Positions 18,158 to 26,190 of a stretch of 64,000 bases of DNA are shown here, one piece after another. The stretch comes from Methanomassiliicoccales archaeon. Its GTDB lineage: Archaea > Thermoplasmatota > Thermoplasmata > Methanomassiliicoccales > JAAEEP01. The stretch is taken from contig DATKXF010000077.1 in the NCBI GenBank assembly GCA_035529155.1, positions 9,131-73,130 on the forward strand, in the 5' to 3' direction. The stretch's first letter is position 1; each line of letters opens with the position of its first letter. The notes below the pieces were generated by a model. The model was not told the origin of the DNA. It ran no database searches and saw only the letters and a list, made by a program, of their open reading frames with translations. Both the position numbers and the translations under genes were made by a program.

Positions 18158-19122
18158 TTCCTCTTCACCCTGATGAAACCTGAGCAGGGGACTATTGATA
18201 CGCCCTTCTCTTCAATCTTATCCATGATGAGATTCATGCCCAGCGAATCCGAGGCCATGTGCCCCGATACTACCACGTTGATGTGGTGCTTCTTCGCCTC
18301 TTCGATGTGGTCGTCAGGTATGTGCATGCATACCACGGTGCCCACACCGGCCTGGGACATCTTCTCGTAGACCTCCTTGGGGCCGGAGGTGCCTCCCGTC
18401 ATCTTGACTACAACCTTTCCAGCGCTTCGCTCCTTGTCCCCGACGAATGCCTTGGGTCCAGCGTTCTCCCTGATGGCCAGGTCGAACTCGGGGGTCTCTC
18501 CCAGCAGGTCGAGTACGTCCTTCACCTTCTCGGGCTCACGTTCGTCGAACAACTTCTCAAGGTAGCTCTGGACATGGTTGTCACACGGGCTGTGAAGGCA
18601 CATGAAAGGTATCTCTAGCAGACGGCATGCGTCCACGGCCTGGTTGTAGTTGCGGGGATGGACGCGCCTCATGACTTCGTTGATCCTGGGTGCGAATATA
18701 CCCTCAGCTACCGTGATGCCTATGCCCAGCTGTTCGAGCATATTCTCCTGCATGTGCATCACCTCCCAGAAGTTGGGTGCTGCCCTGCCTATTGGATGAT
18801 GTCCTATTATCGCCTCGATCCCCCTGCCCTTCTCTCGAAGGCGATCGGCCAAAACGACCTCTCCCGGGGTGATGTCAATTCCGATCATGACGGTGTCGAT
18901 ATCCTCATCGCCCTTACCCACCAGGAGCCTGCTGTCGGCATAGGGATTGAAGAAAGCATCGGTGTCGAAGTACTCCTTCTCCTTTCCCTCCAGCTTATCG
19001 TACCTCTCCCTGGCTTGGGCGAGCAGTTTCTCGATCTCATCCCTGGAGCGAGGATCGGCCTCGATCCCCATCTCGATCGCGGTCCTGTAGATATCCTCCA
19101 ATCTCATGCCAATCGAGCGCAT
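18154..19122 (-). CDS. NIF3-like (DUF34) metal-binding protein, tentative
   Basis: 'IEAIIGHHPIG' and 'VVSGHMASDSLG' resemble NIF3 metal-ligand motifs. Assignment is from memory only. Confidence 0.4.
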   Translation of the reverse strand: MRSIGMRLEDIYRTAIEMGIEADPRSRDEIEKLLAQARERYDKLEGKEKEYFDTDAFFNPYADSRLLVGKGDEDIDTVMIGIDITPGEVVLADRLREKGRGIEAIIGHHPIGRAAPNFWEVMHMQENMLEQLGIGITVAEGIFAPRINEVMRRVHPRNYNQAVDACRLLEIPFMCLHSPCDNHVQSYLEKLFDEREPEKVKDVLDLLGETPEFDLAIRENAGPKAFVGDKERSAGKVVVKMTGGTSGPKEVYEKMSQAGVGTVVCMHIPDDHIEEAKKHHINVVVSGHMASDSLGMNLIMDKIEEKGVSIVPCSGFIRVKRN

Positions 19123-19208
19123 ACCTTCGTGAGATTATATAATGGTTGTTTACGCACCTGAGAGGAAAATGAGTTATACGCGAGGGAACGTTGATAGGTC
19201 TGGTAGTG

Positions 19209-19547
19209 ATGAACGGAATCGACATCGAATCACTTCTAAAATCCACCCTATCGATCCATACCGAGGATCTTCTAGTCGAAGCGATGAAGGATCTCGTGAA
19301 GGATGAGATAAAGAGGTATGTGAGACAGAAGCTCGAGGGGAACCCTCGTCTCAAGGCGGAGGCCAAACAGGTCATCAAGGACCTCATCGAAGCCAAAATG
19401 AAGGAGACCTACGCGCTCATGCGCCTCGGAAAGGTGACCGCCGAACTCGGAGTCTCCATGGTCCCAGAGGAGATGAGGGAGCAGATGGAGAAGGACATCG
19501 CTGCGCTCCTGGAGAAAGAGGTCTCGCGGGTAATAGAGAAGATGTGA
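19209..19547 (+). CDS. hypothetical coiled-coil protein
   Basis: Charged, heptad-like sequence with no recognisable family. It is the only substantial ORF in this gap. Confidence 0.4.
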   Translation: MNGIDIESLLKSTLSIHTEDLLVEAMKDLVKDEIKRYVRQKLEGNPRLKAEAKQVIKDLIEAKMKETYALMRLGKVTAELGVSMVPEEMREQMEKDIAALLEKEVSRVIEKM

Positions 19548-19722
19548 AGCCACCAACGTCTTGACTTTTTAGATCTCATCGATCTCAGAGGAATGGAACT
19601 CAACGTGAATCAGAGACGGAGTTACATCGAATCCTCTCACGGCATCTAAAATCAGAGAATGGGGAAGGGTTTTGTGGGCAGGGGAGTGATCCCCTGCGGA
19701 AGGTTTGGAGGGACAAGCCCGA

Positions 19723-20043
19723 TCAGCCGAACAATGCGCTGAGACCAGCGGCGGCTTCCTCTTCGCTTACCTCTTCTTCCTCCTCTTCTTCTTTTTTCTC
19801 TTCCTTTGGCTTCTCGCCAGCAGCGGGTGCCCCGCCAGCAGCCGCGGCCGCAGCCGGAGCTGCAGCGAACGCGGTGGTGGCGATGGCCTCATCGATGTCG
19901 ATACCCTCCAGGGAGGCGGTGAGCGCCTTCACCTTAGCGGTGTCGGCCTCTATACCAGCGCTCCCCAGAATATTGTTGATCGCATCATCGGTGATGTCCT
20001 TCCCAGCGGCGTGGAGAACCAAAGCGCTATAGATATACTCCAT
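19723..20043 (-). CDS. rpl12: 50S ribosomal stalk protein P1 (L12e)
   Basis: '[15 protein letters not shown]' N-terminus, Ala/Glu-rich hinge, and conserved tail '[13 protein letters not shown]'. Confidence 0.9.
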   Translation of the reverse strand: MEYIYSALVLHAAGKDITDDAINNILGSAGIEADTAKVKALTASLEGIDIDEAIATTAFAAAPAAAAAAGGAPAAGEKPKEEKKEEEEEEEVSEEEAAAGLSALFG

Positions 20044-20060
20044 ATCTTAACCTCCTTAAT

Positions 20061-21068
20061 TCATCCGAACAGGGCGCTGAGACCAGCAGCGGCCTCCTCC
20101 TCGCTGACCTCTTCCTCCTCGTCTTCCTCATCCTTGGGTTCCTCATCCTCATCCTTATCCTTGGGCTCTTTCGGTGCGGGCGGTACGGCGCATAATCTTG
20201 CGCTCAATTTCTCGTCCGCGAACTCAGGGATCTTGGAGGCGAGGGCCAGCATATGGGAGTCCGCCTTGGTCAATAGTATCTTTATGCTGTTCCCAATGGG
20301 TATCGTTGCTTCCACAGCGAGGTTAATCGCCTCGCGGTAGGCTTTCGATATCAGTATCGGCATGGTCTTGGCGGTTGGGTAAACTATCCCAACACCCAGG
20401 CTCAGCGCGTTACTGGCAGCACTTGCCAACATTGACGGGTAGTAGTCAGGCGGAATGTCGAGGACCTTTCTGTCATAGACGATTCCATCTTCGAAAGCGG
20501 CCAATAGGTCAAGCCCCACTGTCATCGGCATGATGTCCAGACGGGGAAGTATCTTGGCTATTTCCTCTGGAATCGGCTCGCCCTTCTCCACAAGCTTCTT
20601 GTCTTTCTTTATGACGATCTTTCCGCCATCGATAGCGGCGGGAATGCCCACCTTCTGCAGCTCGCCCACTATGGGGCCTGGGGGGAACGAGGTGGGACCA
20701 GCCTTGGCCACGATGTCGTCGGGGGCTATGTCCCCGGGCTTCGCGGCAGCTGATGCCTTGGTTCCCTCCATTTGGTTGAAAAGCTTGAAAGGGTTCATTC
20801 CTGTAGCTACGACGGCGCACTGACCATCGACCATCTCCTTCAGGCCATCCAAACCGTCCTTTTCCTTGGCAGCTTCATCGAGGGCTATCCTGATCAGCTT
20901 GTTCCTGGTCATCAGGAACTTTGCCGTTCCTCTGAGATCAGCCCTCATCTTTTGAATCTGCGGCCCAGGGATTCCATGGACGTTAACAATGGCCACGACG
21001 GGGTTCTCGGTCATGATCGTTTTGAGATCACTTACTATCTCTTTCTTCCAAGCAGCCACATGCGCCAT
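20061..21068 (-). CDS. rpl10: 50S ribosomal protein uL10 (P0)
   Basis: 'VAAWKKEIVSDLK' N-terminus, 335 aa, and the same acidic tail '[13 protein letters not shown]' as P1. Confidence 0.9.
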   Translation of the reverse strand: MAHVAAWKKEIVSDLKTIMTENPVVAIVNVHGIPGPQIQKMRADLRGTAKFLMTRNKLIRIALDEAAKEKDGLDGLKEMVDGQCAVVATGMNPFKLFNQMEGTKASAAAKPGDIAPDDIVAKAGPTSFPPGPIVGELQKVGIPAAIDGGKIVIKKDKKLVEKGEPIPEEIAKILPRLDIMPMTVGLDLLAAFEDGIVYDRKVLDIPPDYYPSMLASAASNALSLGVGIVYPTAKTMPILISKAYREAINLAVEATIPIGNSIKILLTKADSHMLALASKIPEFADEKLSARLCAVPPAPKEPKDKDEDEEPKDEEDEEEEVSEEEAAAGLSALFG

Positions 21069-21078
21069 ATCGACCCTC

Positions 21079-21717
21079 CTACATCACCTTCTCCGCTGGT
21101 CCCATTGTCGTCTTCACGTAAGCGGAAGCGATGTTCATAGTACCTCTCTCCAGCCTGGAGGCGACCCTCTTGATCACGGAGTCGATGTTATCTGCAATCA
21201 ACTCAGGATCCATCTCAGCGTTCCCAACGGGAGCGTGGAAGGTCATCTTGTCCTTGCTTCGGATGGAGATGCTTCTGGTCAGGTTGTCGATAATGGGCTT
21301 GGGGTCTGCGCCCGGTGGTATTGGCTTGGGCATCTTTCCTCTGGGACCAAGGACGATACCAAGCCGCTTACCTATGGTGGGCATCAAGGGAGCTTCGGCA
21401 ATGAAGTAGTCAAACTCGTTTGCTATCTTCTTCGCCTCCTTCTTGTCGTCGGCGATGGTGCCAAGCTCCTCAGGTGTAATCACACGGTTCGCGACGTTCT
21501 TGGCTTTCGTTACCAGCTCGTCGCTACCGAAAACACATATCTTGACCGATCTGCCCCTACCGTGAGGGAGAATGATGTCTTCCTGTATCCTGTTCTTGGG
21601 AACGGAAAGGTCAACATCCTTCAGGTTGATGGCCAAATCGACCGATTCAAGAAAACCACGCTTCTTTCTGCTATCTAGAGCCTTCTTGACGGCTTTTATG
21701 GTCTCTTTGTCAGCCAA
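21079..21717 (-). CDS. rpl1: 50S ribosomal protein uL1
   Basis: 'FLESVDLAINLKDVDL...', 'GKRLGIVLGPRGKMP' and 'TFHAPVG'. TTG start with a GGAGGG SD 6-7 nt upstream. Confidence 0.9.
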   Translation of the reverse strand: MADKETIKAVKKALDSRKKRGFLESVDLAINLKDVDLSVPKNRIQEDIILPHGRGRSVKICVFGSDELVTKAKNVANRVITPEELGTIADDKKEAKKIANEFDYFIAEAPLMPTIGKRLGIVLGPRGKMPKPIPPGADPKPIIDNLTRSISIRSKDKMTFHAPVGNAEMDPELIADNIDSVIKRVASRLERGTMNIASAYVKTTMGPAEKVM

Positions 21718-21728
21718 CGTTATCCCTC

Positions 21729-21798
21729 CTGTAGTGCATTCGAGCCAATGGCTCTCCTACAGCGGTGGGTTTCCAATAATAAAACTCCCGTTTATAAG
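21729..21798 (-). promoter_or_regulatory. rpl1 promoter (TATA 'CTTATAAA', 21791-21798) and structured leader hairpin (21729-21762)
   Basis: Minus-strand leader CTGTAG-GA-GAGCC-ATT-GGCTC-GAATGCA-CTACAG lies immediately 5' of the GGAGGG SD. The TATA-like element is about 30 nt upstream of the hairpin. Confidence 0.35.
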
Positions 21799-22037
21799 CT
21801 TTGTGTATAAGGAGCTATGTAGAAACCCTCCAATAAAGAATAGAAGATCCTCGACCCTCCCACATCATATGCCAGGGCACGAAATATAAGCTCCTTGTTC
21901 TTCGTCCCTATGCCCCGGGACAGCACATTTGACTCCATTGTCCTCTTGAGATCATGGTTCGAGAAGTCCACGCCGATCCGTGACCCAAGCCCCTTCAGAA
22001 TATAGTCCATCGCCGTCTTTTTGTAGGGATGGAGCAT
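21792..22037 (-). pseudogene. tyrosine-recombinase (integrase) C-terminal remnant, tentative
   Basis: The 81-aa ORF carries a 'SNHDLKRT' box-II-like motif and a distal '...GGSRIFY' candidate catalytic Tyr. It lacks the N-terminal two thirds of an integrase. The direct repeat at 21872-21885 lies inside it. Confidence 0.3.
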
Positions 22038-22408
22038 CTGTCGCGAAGGGCCACCAGGAGCATGGACGTCCTGCTACTGGTCTCCGACCCCACCAAGGTG
22101 GGCGTCGAGACCGCGGCCAGGTTGCTTACCTCGACCAAGGAAATGGAGCTGGATGTTGGGATGTCCGTTCTCGTCATTTATGGCATGAGGTCGGTCCCGA
22201 ACCCAGCTGTATAAGAGGTGCTAGAAAGACTCCGGCGGGCAGGGTCGTGCACATCCCCTTCAGTGAGGAGGTCCTCAACTTCTCCCTGGAGGTGATGAGC
22301 TTCTGGGCGCCGATCCAAGAGGACCGTGATCATGCTGCCGTGAGAATGTCCTTGGGAAGCTTGCTCCGAGCCTCGGTCCATTTGGCAGGGACGACGAACG
22401 ACCCCTGA
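22029..22408 (+). pseudogene. CooC/MinD-ParA-type ATPase remnant (frameshifted, P-loop missing)
   Basis: 'GMEHLSRRATRSMDVLLLVSDPTKVGVETAARLL..TKEMEL' matches the CooC-type 'AGxEHLxRGTxxxxDxLLxVxxP' region. A likely continuation 'GRVVHIPFSEEVLNFSLE' sits in another frame from about 22235. No Walker A region is present. Confidence 0.4.
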
Positions 22409-22538
22409 CATGGAGTATCCACTCACGCAACCGTATCAGTTGAAAAAAGAAAATATCTCATCGGGGCCGTCCAACAGGCACCCCCGATGATTGCTACCAC
22501 CTCAATGGTAGTCTTACCGTTTGTTCTCACGGAAGCGC

Positions 22539-23984
22539 TTATTTGCCATACTTTGCCCAGTACTCCGAGAAGAGTTCCTCGTCGGTCGGTGGTTTCTTTG
22601 GGTTCGGGACAACGCGCGATACCCACGTGAGGTTCACGAAATGCCGGCAGTTGACGTTCTCGGTGGTGATGTTTCCGCCCCAGGTTCCGCACGAGAGTGA
22701 GAGCGTGAAAGGCAGGCCGTTGCGGGGGCTACCGGCGCCCTCGTTCATGTTCTGGTTCACCATCACGCGGCCCGTGCGCGTGCCGAATGCGAGCGCGTCC
22801 ACGTGCTTGTTGTTCTTGGTGTGGATGCCGCAGGAGTGGCCGAGTCCCTGGTACTCGGTGATTCTGTTCACGAGGTCCACTGCCTCATCGATACTGTTAT
22901 TGTAGCGGTAGAGGGTGAGGACGACCGAGAGCTTCTCCCCCGAGAACGGGTATTCGGGGCCAGTGCCGGTCTCTTCGACAACCAAGAATGTGCGCCCTTC
23001 TGGGAGGGATATGTCGGCGAGCTTCGCGATGTGCTCGGGGGGCTTGGCGATGACGTCGAGGCTCGGGAGGGGGCCGCCCTTGGGCCACATAACCTTCTGT
23101 AGGCGTGCCTTCTCCTCAGCGTTGCAGATGTAAGCACCCTGCTGAACGAGCTTCTCTACCAGGGACGCGTAGATCGCCTCGTGGGCGACGACGGAGTTGT
23201 CGGCCAGGCAGCTTGTCGCGTAGTCGAATGTTTTCGCCTTCGCTATCGTGAACGCGGCGTCGTCGAGGTCCGCCGTTTCGTCTATGACGTGAACCGTGTT
23301 ACCGACGCCAACGCCGTAGGCTGGTGTGCCCGAGCTGTACGCGGACTTGACCATTTCGGCACCGCCGGTAGCCACTATCAGGTCAGACTGGCTCATGAGC
23401 TCCTTGGTCTTGGCAATGGATGGTTGCTCAATGATCTGGATGAGGTCCTCTGGCACTCCCATCGCTTTGCATCCCTTCCGCATGAGATCAACCGCGAGTT
23501 TCGAGGATTTCTGCGTCTTTGGGTGGGCAGCAACGATGATGGCGTTCTTGCCCTTTACTGCGCAGAGCCCTTTCATGGGCGGAGTCGCGTCGGGGCCAGT
23601 GGACGGGATAATCGCAGCCACAACACCCACCGGCTTAGCGATCTTCACGAGGGCTTTGTCGGAGTCCTCCTCCACGATGCCCACTGTTTTCGTGTCCTGC
23701 ATGTCCCGGATCGTGCCGGTGACACGCAGGCGGATCTTTGAGATCTTGTCATTATAGTTACCGAATCCGCCTTCTTCGACGGCGAGCTCCGCGAGGGCTT
23801 CGCATTCCTTGACAACGTGCCAGCCGATCGCCATGACGAGTTCGTCGGTCTCGGCCTGCGTGTAGTGCTCAATGGCCTTCATTGCGTTGCGAGCGCGTTC
23901 GATTAGTTCGGTGATTTCAGGCTTGGGATCTGGCCTATCATCTGTCGCAGGAGCGACAGCACCAGTAGTGGATGGGGCTTTCAT
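22539..23984 (-). CDS. CoA-acylating aldehyde dehydrogenase (AdhE N-terminal / SucD / EutE-like)
   Basis: 481 aa. 'KPVGVVAAIIPSTGPDATP', catalytic-Cys region 'FDYATSCLADNS', and 'GHSCGIHT...RVMVNQ...LSCGTWGGN' match acylating ALDHs. By eye it is richer in GCG/CGC codons than its neighbours. Confidence 0.8.
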   Translation of the reverse strand: MKAPSTTGAVAPATDDRPDPKPEITELIERARNAMKAIEHYTQAETDELVMAIGWHVVKECEALAELAVEEGGFGNYNDKISKIRLRVTGTIRDMQDTKTVGIVEEDSDKALVKIAKPVGVVAAIIPSTGPDATPPMKGLCAVKGKNAIIVAAHPKTQKSSKLAVDLMRKGCKAMGVPEDLIQIIEQPSIAKTKELMSQSDLIVATGGAEMVKSAYSSGTPAYGVGVGNTVHVIDETADLDDAAFTIAKAKTFDYATSCLADNSVVAHEAIYASLVEKLVQQGAYICNAEEKARLQKVMWPKGGPLPSLDVIAKPPEHIAKLADISLPEGRTFLVVEETGTGPEYPFSGEKLSVVLTLYRYNNSIDEAVDLVNRITEYQGLGHSCGIHTKNNKHVDALAFGTRTGRVMVNQNMNEGAGSPRNGLPFTLSLSCGTWGGNITTENVNCRHFVNLTWVSRVVPNPKKPPTDEELFSEYWAKYGK

Positions 23985-24468
23985 GGGGGAGCGGAAGAGA
24001 ACACATCTTACTTAACGCTTACTTTCACGTCACACACCAGGGCACGAAATCAGAGTACCTTCCGCTGTGTCCAGTGCTCCGGGATGGTAAATCTAGCATC
24101 ATCGTCCTCCTGAGGGCGGTGAAGGCCTCCGTCAATACCCCTAACACTAACCCTCGAATAGATCAGTAGCCTCTCCCTCATCTTCCGTGGATCCCCACAC
24201 CGGGGCGGGGCCACAGCGACTCGCATGACTGCCTCGAACTCAGGACTCCGTGGCGGTACATCCGCTCGCCTCCGCATCGAGGCTCTCACAAGTCACCAGC
24301 CCCTCTATTACCCTGATCATGTAGCGTACGATGGCCAATTCCAACGCTCATCACGAGGTGATCCCATCCTGGTCCAGTTGTCCTTACGCAGACCCTGATT
24401 GGTCCCGGGATAGTCCCAGATCATGCTGACGTATACTCTTTTCTTTCGTGTTGATCGATGAAGGGTTT

Positions 24469-24960
24469 CTACAGGGCCGCGTCAGAGGTAAGCACCTCAT
24501 CGTACTCACCATCTCGTATCAGCTTCTGCATCTCCTTGGCCGTTTTTCCCTCGATGTTGATTCCCATGGATACACAGGTGCCGGTGATTTCAAGGACTCT
24601 TTCCTTGGCGGTCTTTCCGAGCAACGAGTCCTTCTTCATCTCAGCGATCTTCTTGGCCTGATCCATGGTGAGGTTCCCGACCTTGTCCACCCTTGTACTC
24701 CCAGAACCCTTGGCGATTCCAAGTTCCTTGATAATCAGTGCGGTGGTGGGGGGTGTTCCAACCTTGATCTCGAACTTCTTGGTAGCTGGGTCAACGATCA
24801 CCTTAACTGGCACCTTCATTCCGGCGAAGGCCTTGGTCTTGTCGTTAATCGCCCCGATGACCTCCCCTATATTGATTCCAAGGGGCCCGAGTGCCGGGCC
24901 GAGTGGGGGGCCAGCGGTTGCCTTACCACCATCAACAAGAGCCTCGATAGTCTCTGGCAT
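24469..24960 (-). CDS. rpl11: 50S ribosomal protein uL11
   Basis: 'GGKATAGPPLGPALGPLGINIGEV' is the uL11 signature. Length is 163 aa. Confidence 0.9.
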   Translation of the reverse strand: MPETIEALVDGGKATAGPPLGPALGPLGINIGEVIGAINDKTKAFAGMKVPVKVIVDPATKKFEIKVGTPPTTALIIKELGIAKGSGSTRVDKVGNLTMDQAKKIAEMKKDSLLGKTAKERVLEITGTCVSMGINIEGKTAKEMQKLIRDGEYDEVLTSDAAL

Positions 24961-24964
24961 TTCT

Positions 24965-25837
24965 TCATCTCTCCTTTTCTAGAACCCTGACGTGATCTCC
25001 CCTTACGGTAACGGGGATGGGTACCATGGCTTCGAACAGCTCGACGGTAATCTCTTCCTTGTTCTCGTCGATCTGATGTACCCTTGCCTTCTCACCCTTG
25101 AACGGGCCCGCAACAAGCTCTACTACGTCGCCTTCCATGATGCCCGAAACCAATGGCTTGGGGGTCAGGAAGTGGTTGATCTCTTCGAAGGTCGTTTCGC
25201 CTTCGACCAGGCCTCTGGCCTTTCGGACACCCTTGACCGTTTCCTTGAGCTGATCGGTGTTCATGCCCTCGATGAGCACATAGCCTCTGAGATTCGTCGG
25301 GGAAAGAATGGAGAAGATTCCGCTCTTTCCCGTCTTTGCTTTACTGTAAACGCTGTCCGCCACATTCTTCTCGTGACCGATGGAAGTCTTGAGCGCGAGC
25401 ACGGATTGCCTAGCCCTGGCGGAGAACGTGATTTTGCTTCTGTCCATAGGGTTTCCCTCGGGCCAGCTCTCGATGGTGACAGTCAAATAATCACCGAACG
25501 CCGCCCCTTTGGGAGCCTCAACATTGAGCTCCAGTTCCATAGGTCTCCCCTCGAGTCGGACCTCGATCTGGTCCTTGCTCACATCATCGGTCCAGATGTC
25601 ACCCATGGCGTTGCTCAGGCTGACCGACCACTCAGCGGCGCCCTCGACCTCAGAAGTAACATCGACGCCAATTGACAGGACCGCCTTCAATCGCTTCCCC
25701 TCCCGCTCCTGGAGTTGGAAGTTCCAACTCGCCTTGCCCGCGGCAGGGACCAGTTGTTGGGCGGCATCACCCGTGAATCCCACCGAGCCGGTCATGTGGC
25801 TCTCTGGGAACGAGTTTTCCTTCTCATCATCGAACAT
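24965..25837 (-). CDS. spt5: transcription elongation factor Spt5 (NusG) with an unusual N-terminal extension of about 145 aa
   Basis: The C-terminal 146 aa ('VLALKTSIGHEKNVA...GDVVELVAGPFKGEKARV...') form a complete NGN+KOW Spt5. The same frame stays open for 164 more codons upstream. The ORF could start at 25894, 25837 or 25795. Confidence 0.8.
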   Translation of the reverse strand: MFDDEKENSFPESHMTGSVGFTGDAAQQLVPAAGKASWNFQLQEREGKRLKAVLSIGVDVTSEVEGAAEWSVSLSNAMGDIWTDDVSKDQIEVRLEGRPMELELNVEAPKGAAFGDYLTVTIESWPEGNPMDRSKITFSARARQSVLALKTSIGHEKNVADSVYSKAKTGKSGIFSILSPTNLRGYVLIEGMNTDQLKETVKGVRKARGLVEGETTFEEINHFLTPKPLVSGIMEGDVVELVAGPFKGEKARVHQIDENKEEITVELFEAMVPIPVTVRGDHVRVLEKER

Positions 25838-25863
25838 ATGATCAATCCTCAGAGTGAGCAGTG

Positions 25864-26088
25864 TTAGCTGAACAACCCGGGAATTGAAGACCAAATCAGA
25901 TAGATGAGGAACCCGAGTCCGCCTATCAATATCAGTCCCAGACCAGTGACCTCGATGACCCTGATGAACTCCTCGTTGGTGGGCTTGCGGGCCATCTTCA
26001 GTACCCTTCCGTACTTGCCCTTGCCCAGACGCCTAGTCCGATCCTCGATGTCCTTCTGGACTTCCCAGGACTTATCCACGATGTCCAT
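25864..26088 (-). CDS. secE: preprotein translocase subunit SecE (Sec61-gamma)
   Basis: 74 aa. 'KMARKPTNEEFIRV' is followed by a single TM helix. The position upstream of spt5 is conserved. Confidence 0.8.
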   Translation of the reverse strand: MDIVDKSWEVQKDIEDRTRRLGKGKYGRVLKMARKPTNEEFIRVIEVTGLGLILIGGLGFLIYLIWSSIPGLFS

Positions 26089-26190
26089 GGTAACAGCTCT
26101 CTATAGGTTCAAAGCCAATTCTTTCCAATATTAAATACTTTGTCAGCTAGCATATATAGTTCTTCATCTCCGAAGCCTTCGCTAGCCTCT

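Noticed and set aside
16904-18200. Canonical replication origin immediately adjacent to orc1/cdc6
   Set aside because: The 3' flank is only 84 bp and not AT-rich, with a single weak TCCAAATTGGAAAC. The 5' end overlaps the upstream gene by 4 nt. No repeated ORB elements or unwinding element occur next to the gene.
19678-19697. Perfect 8-bp hairpin GCAGGGGA-gtga-TCCCCTGC downstream of rpl12
   Set aside because: It is probably just a transcript-end stabilising or terminator hairpin for the stalk operon. No additional conserved structure or flanking motif was found to suggest an ncRNA.
19705-20340. Nucleotide-level repeat between the 3' ends of rpl12 (19723-19790) and rpl10 (20061-20130), and the low-complexity 211-aa plus-strand ORF over them
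   Set aside because: The repeat encodes the conserved acidic stalk tail '...[13 protein letters not shown]' shared by P0 and P1 in all archaea. The plus-strand ORF is its antisense shadow.
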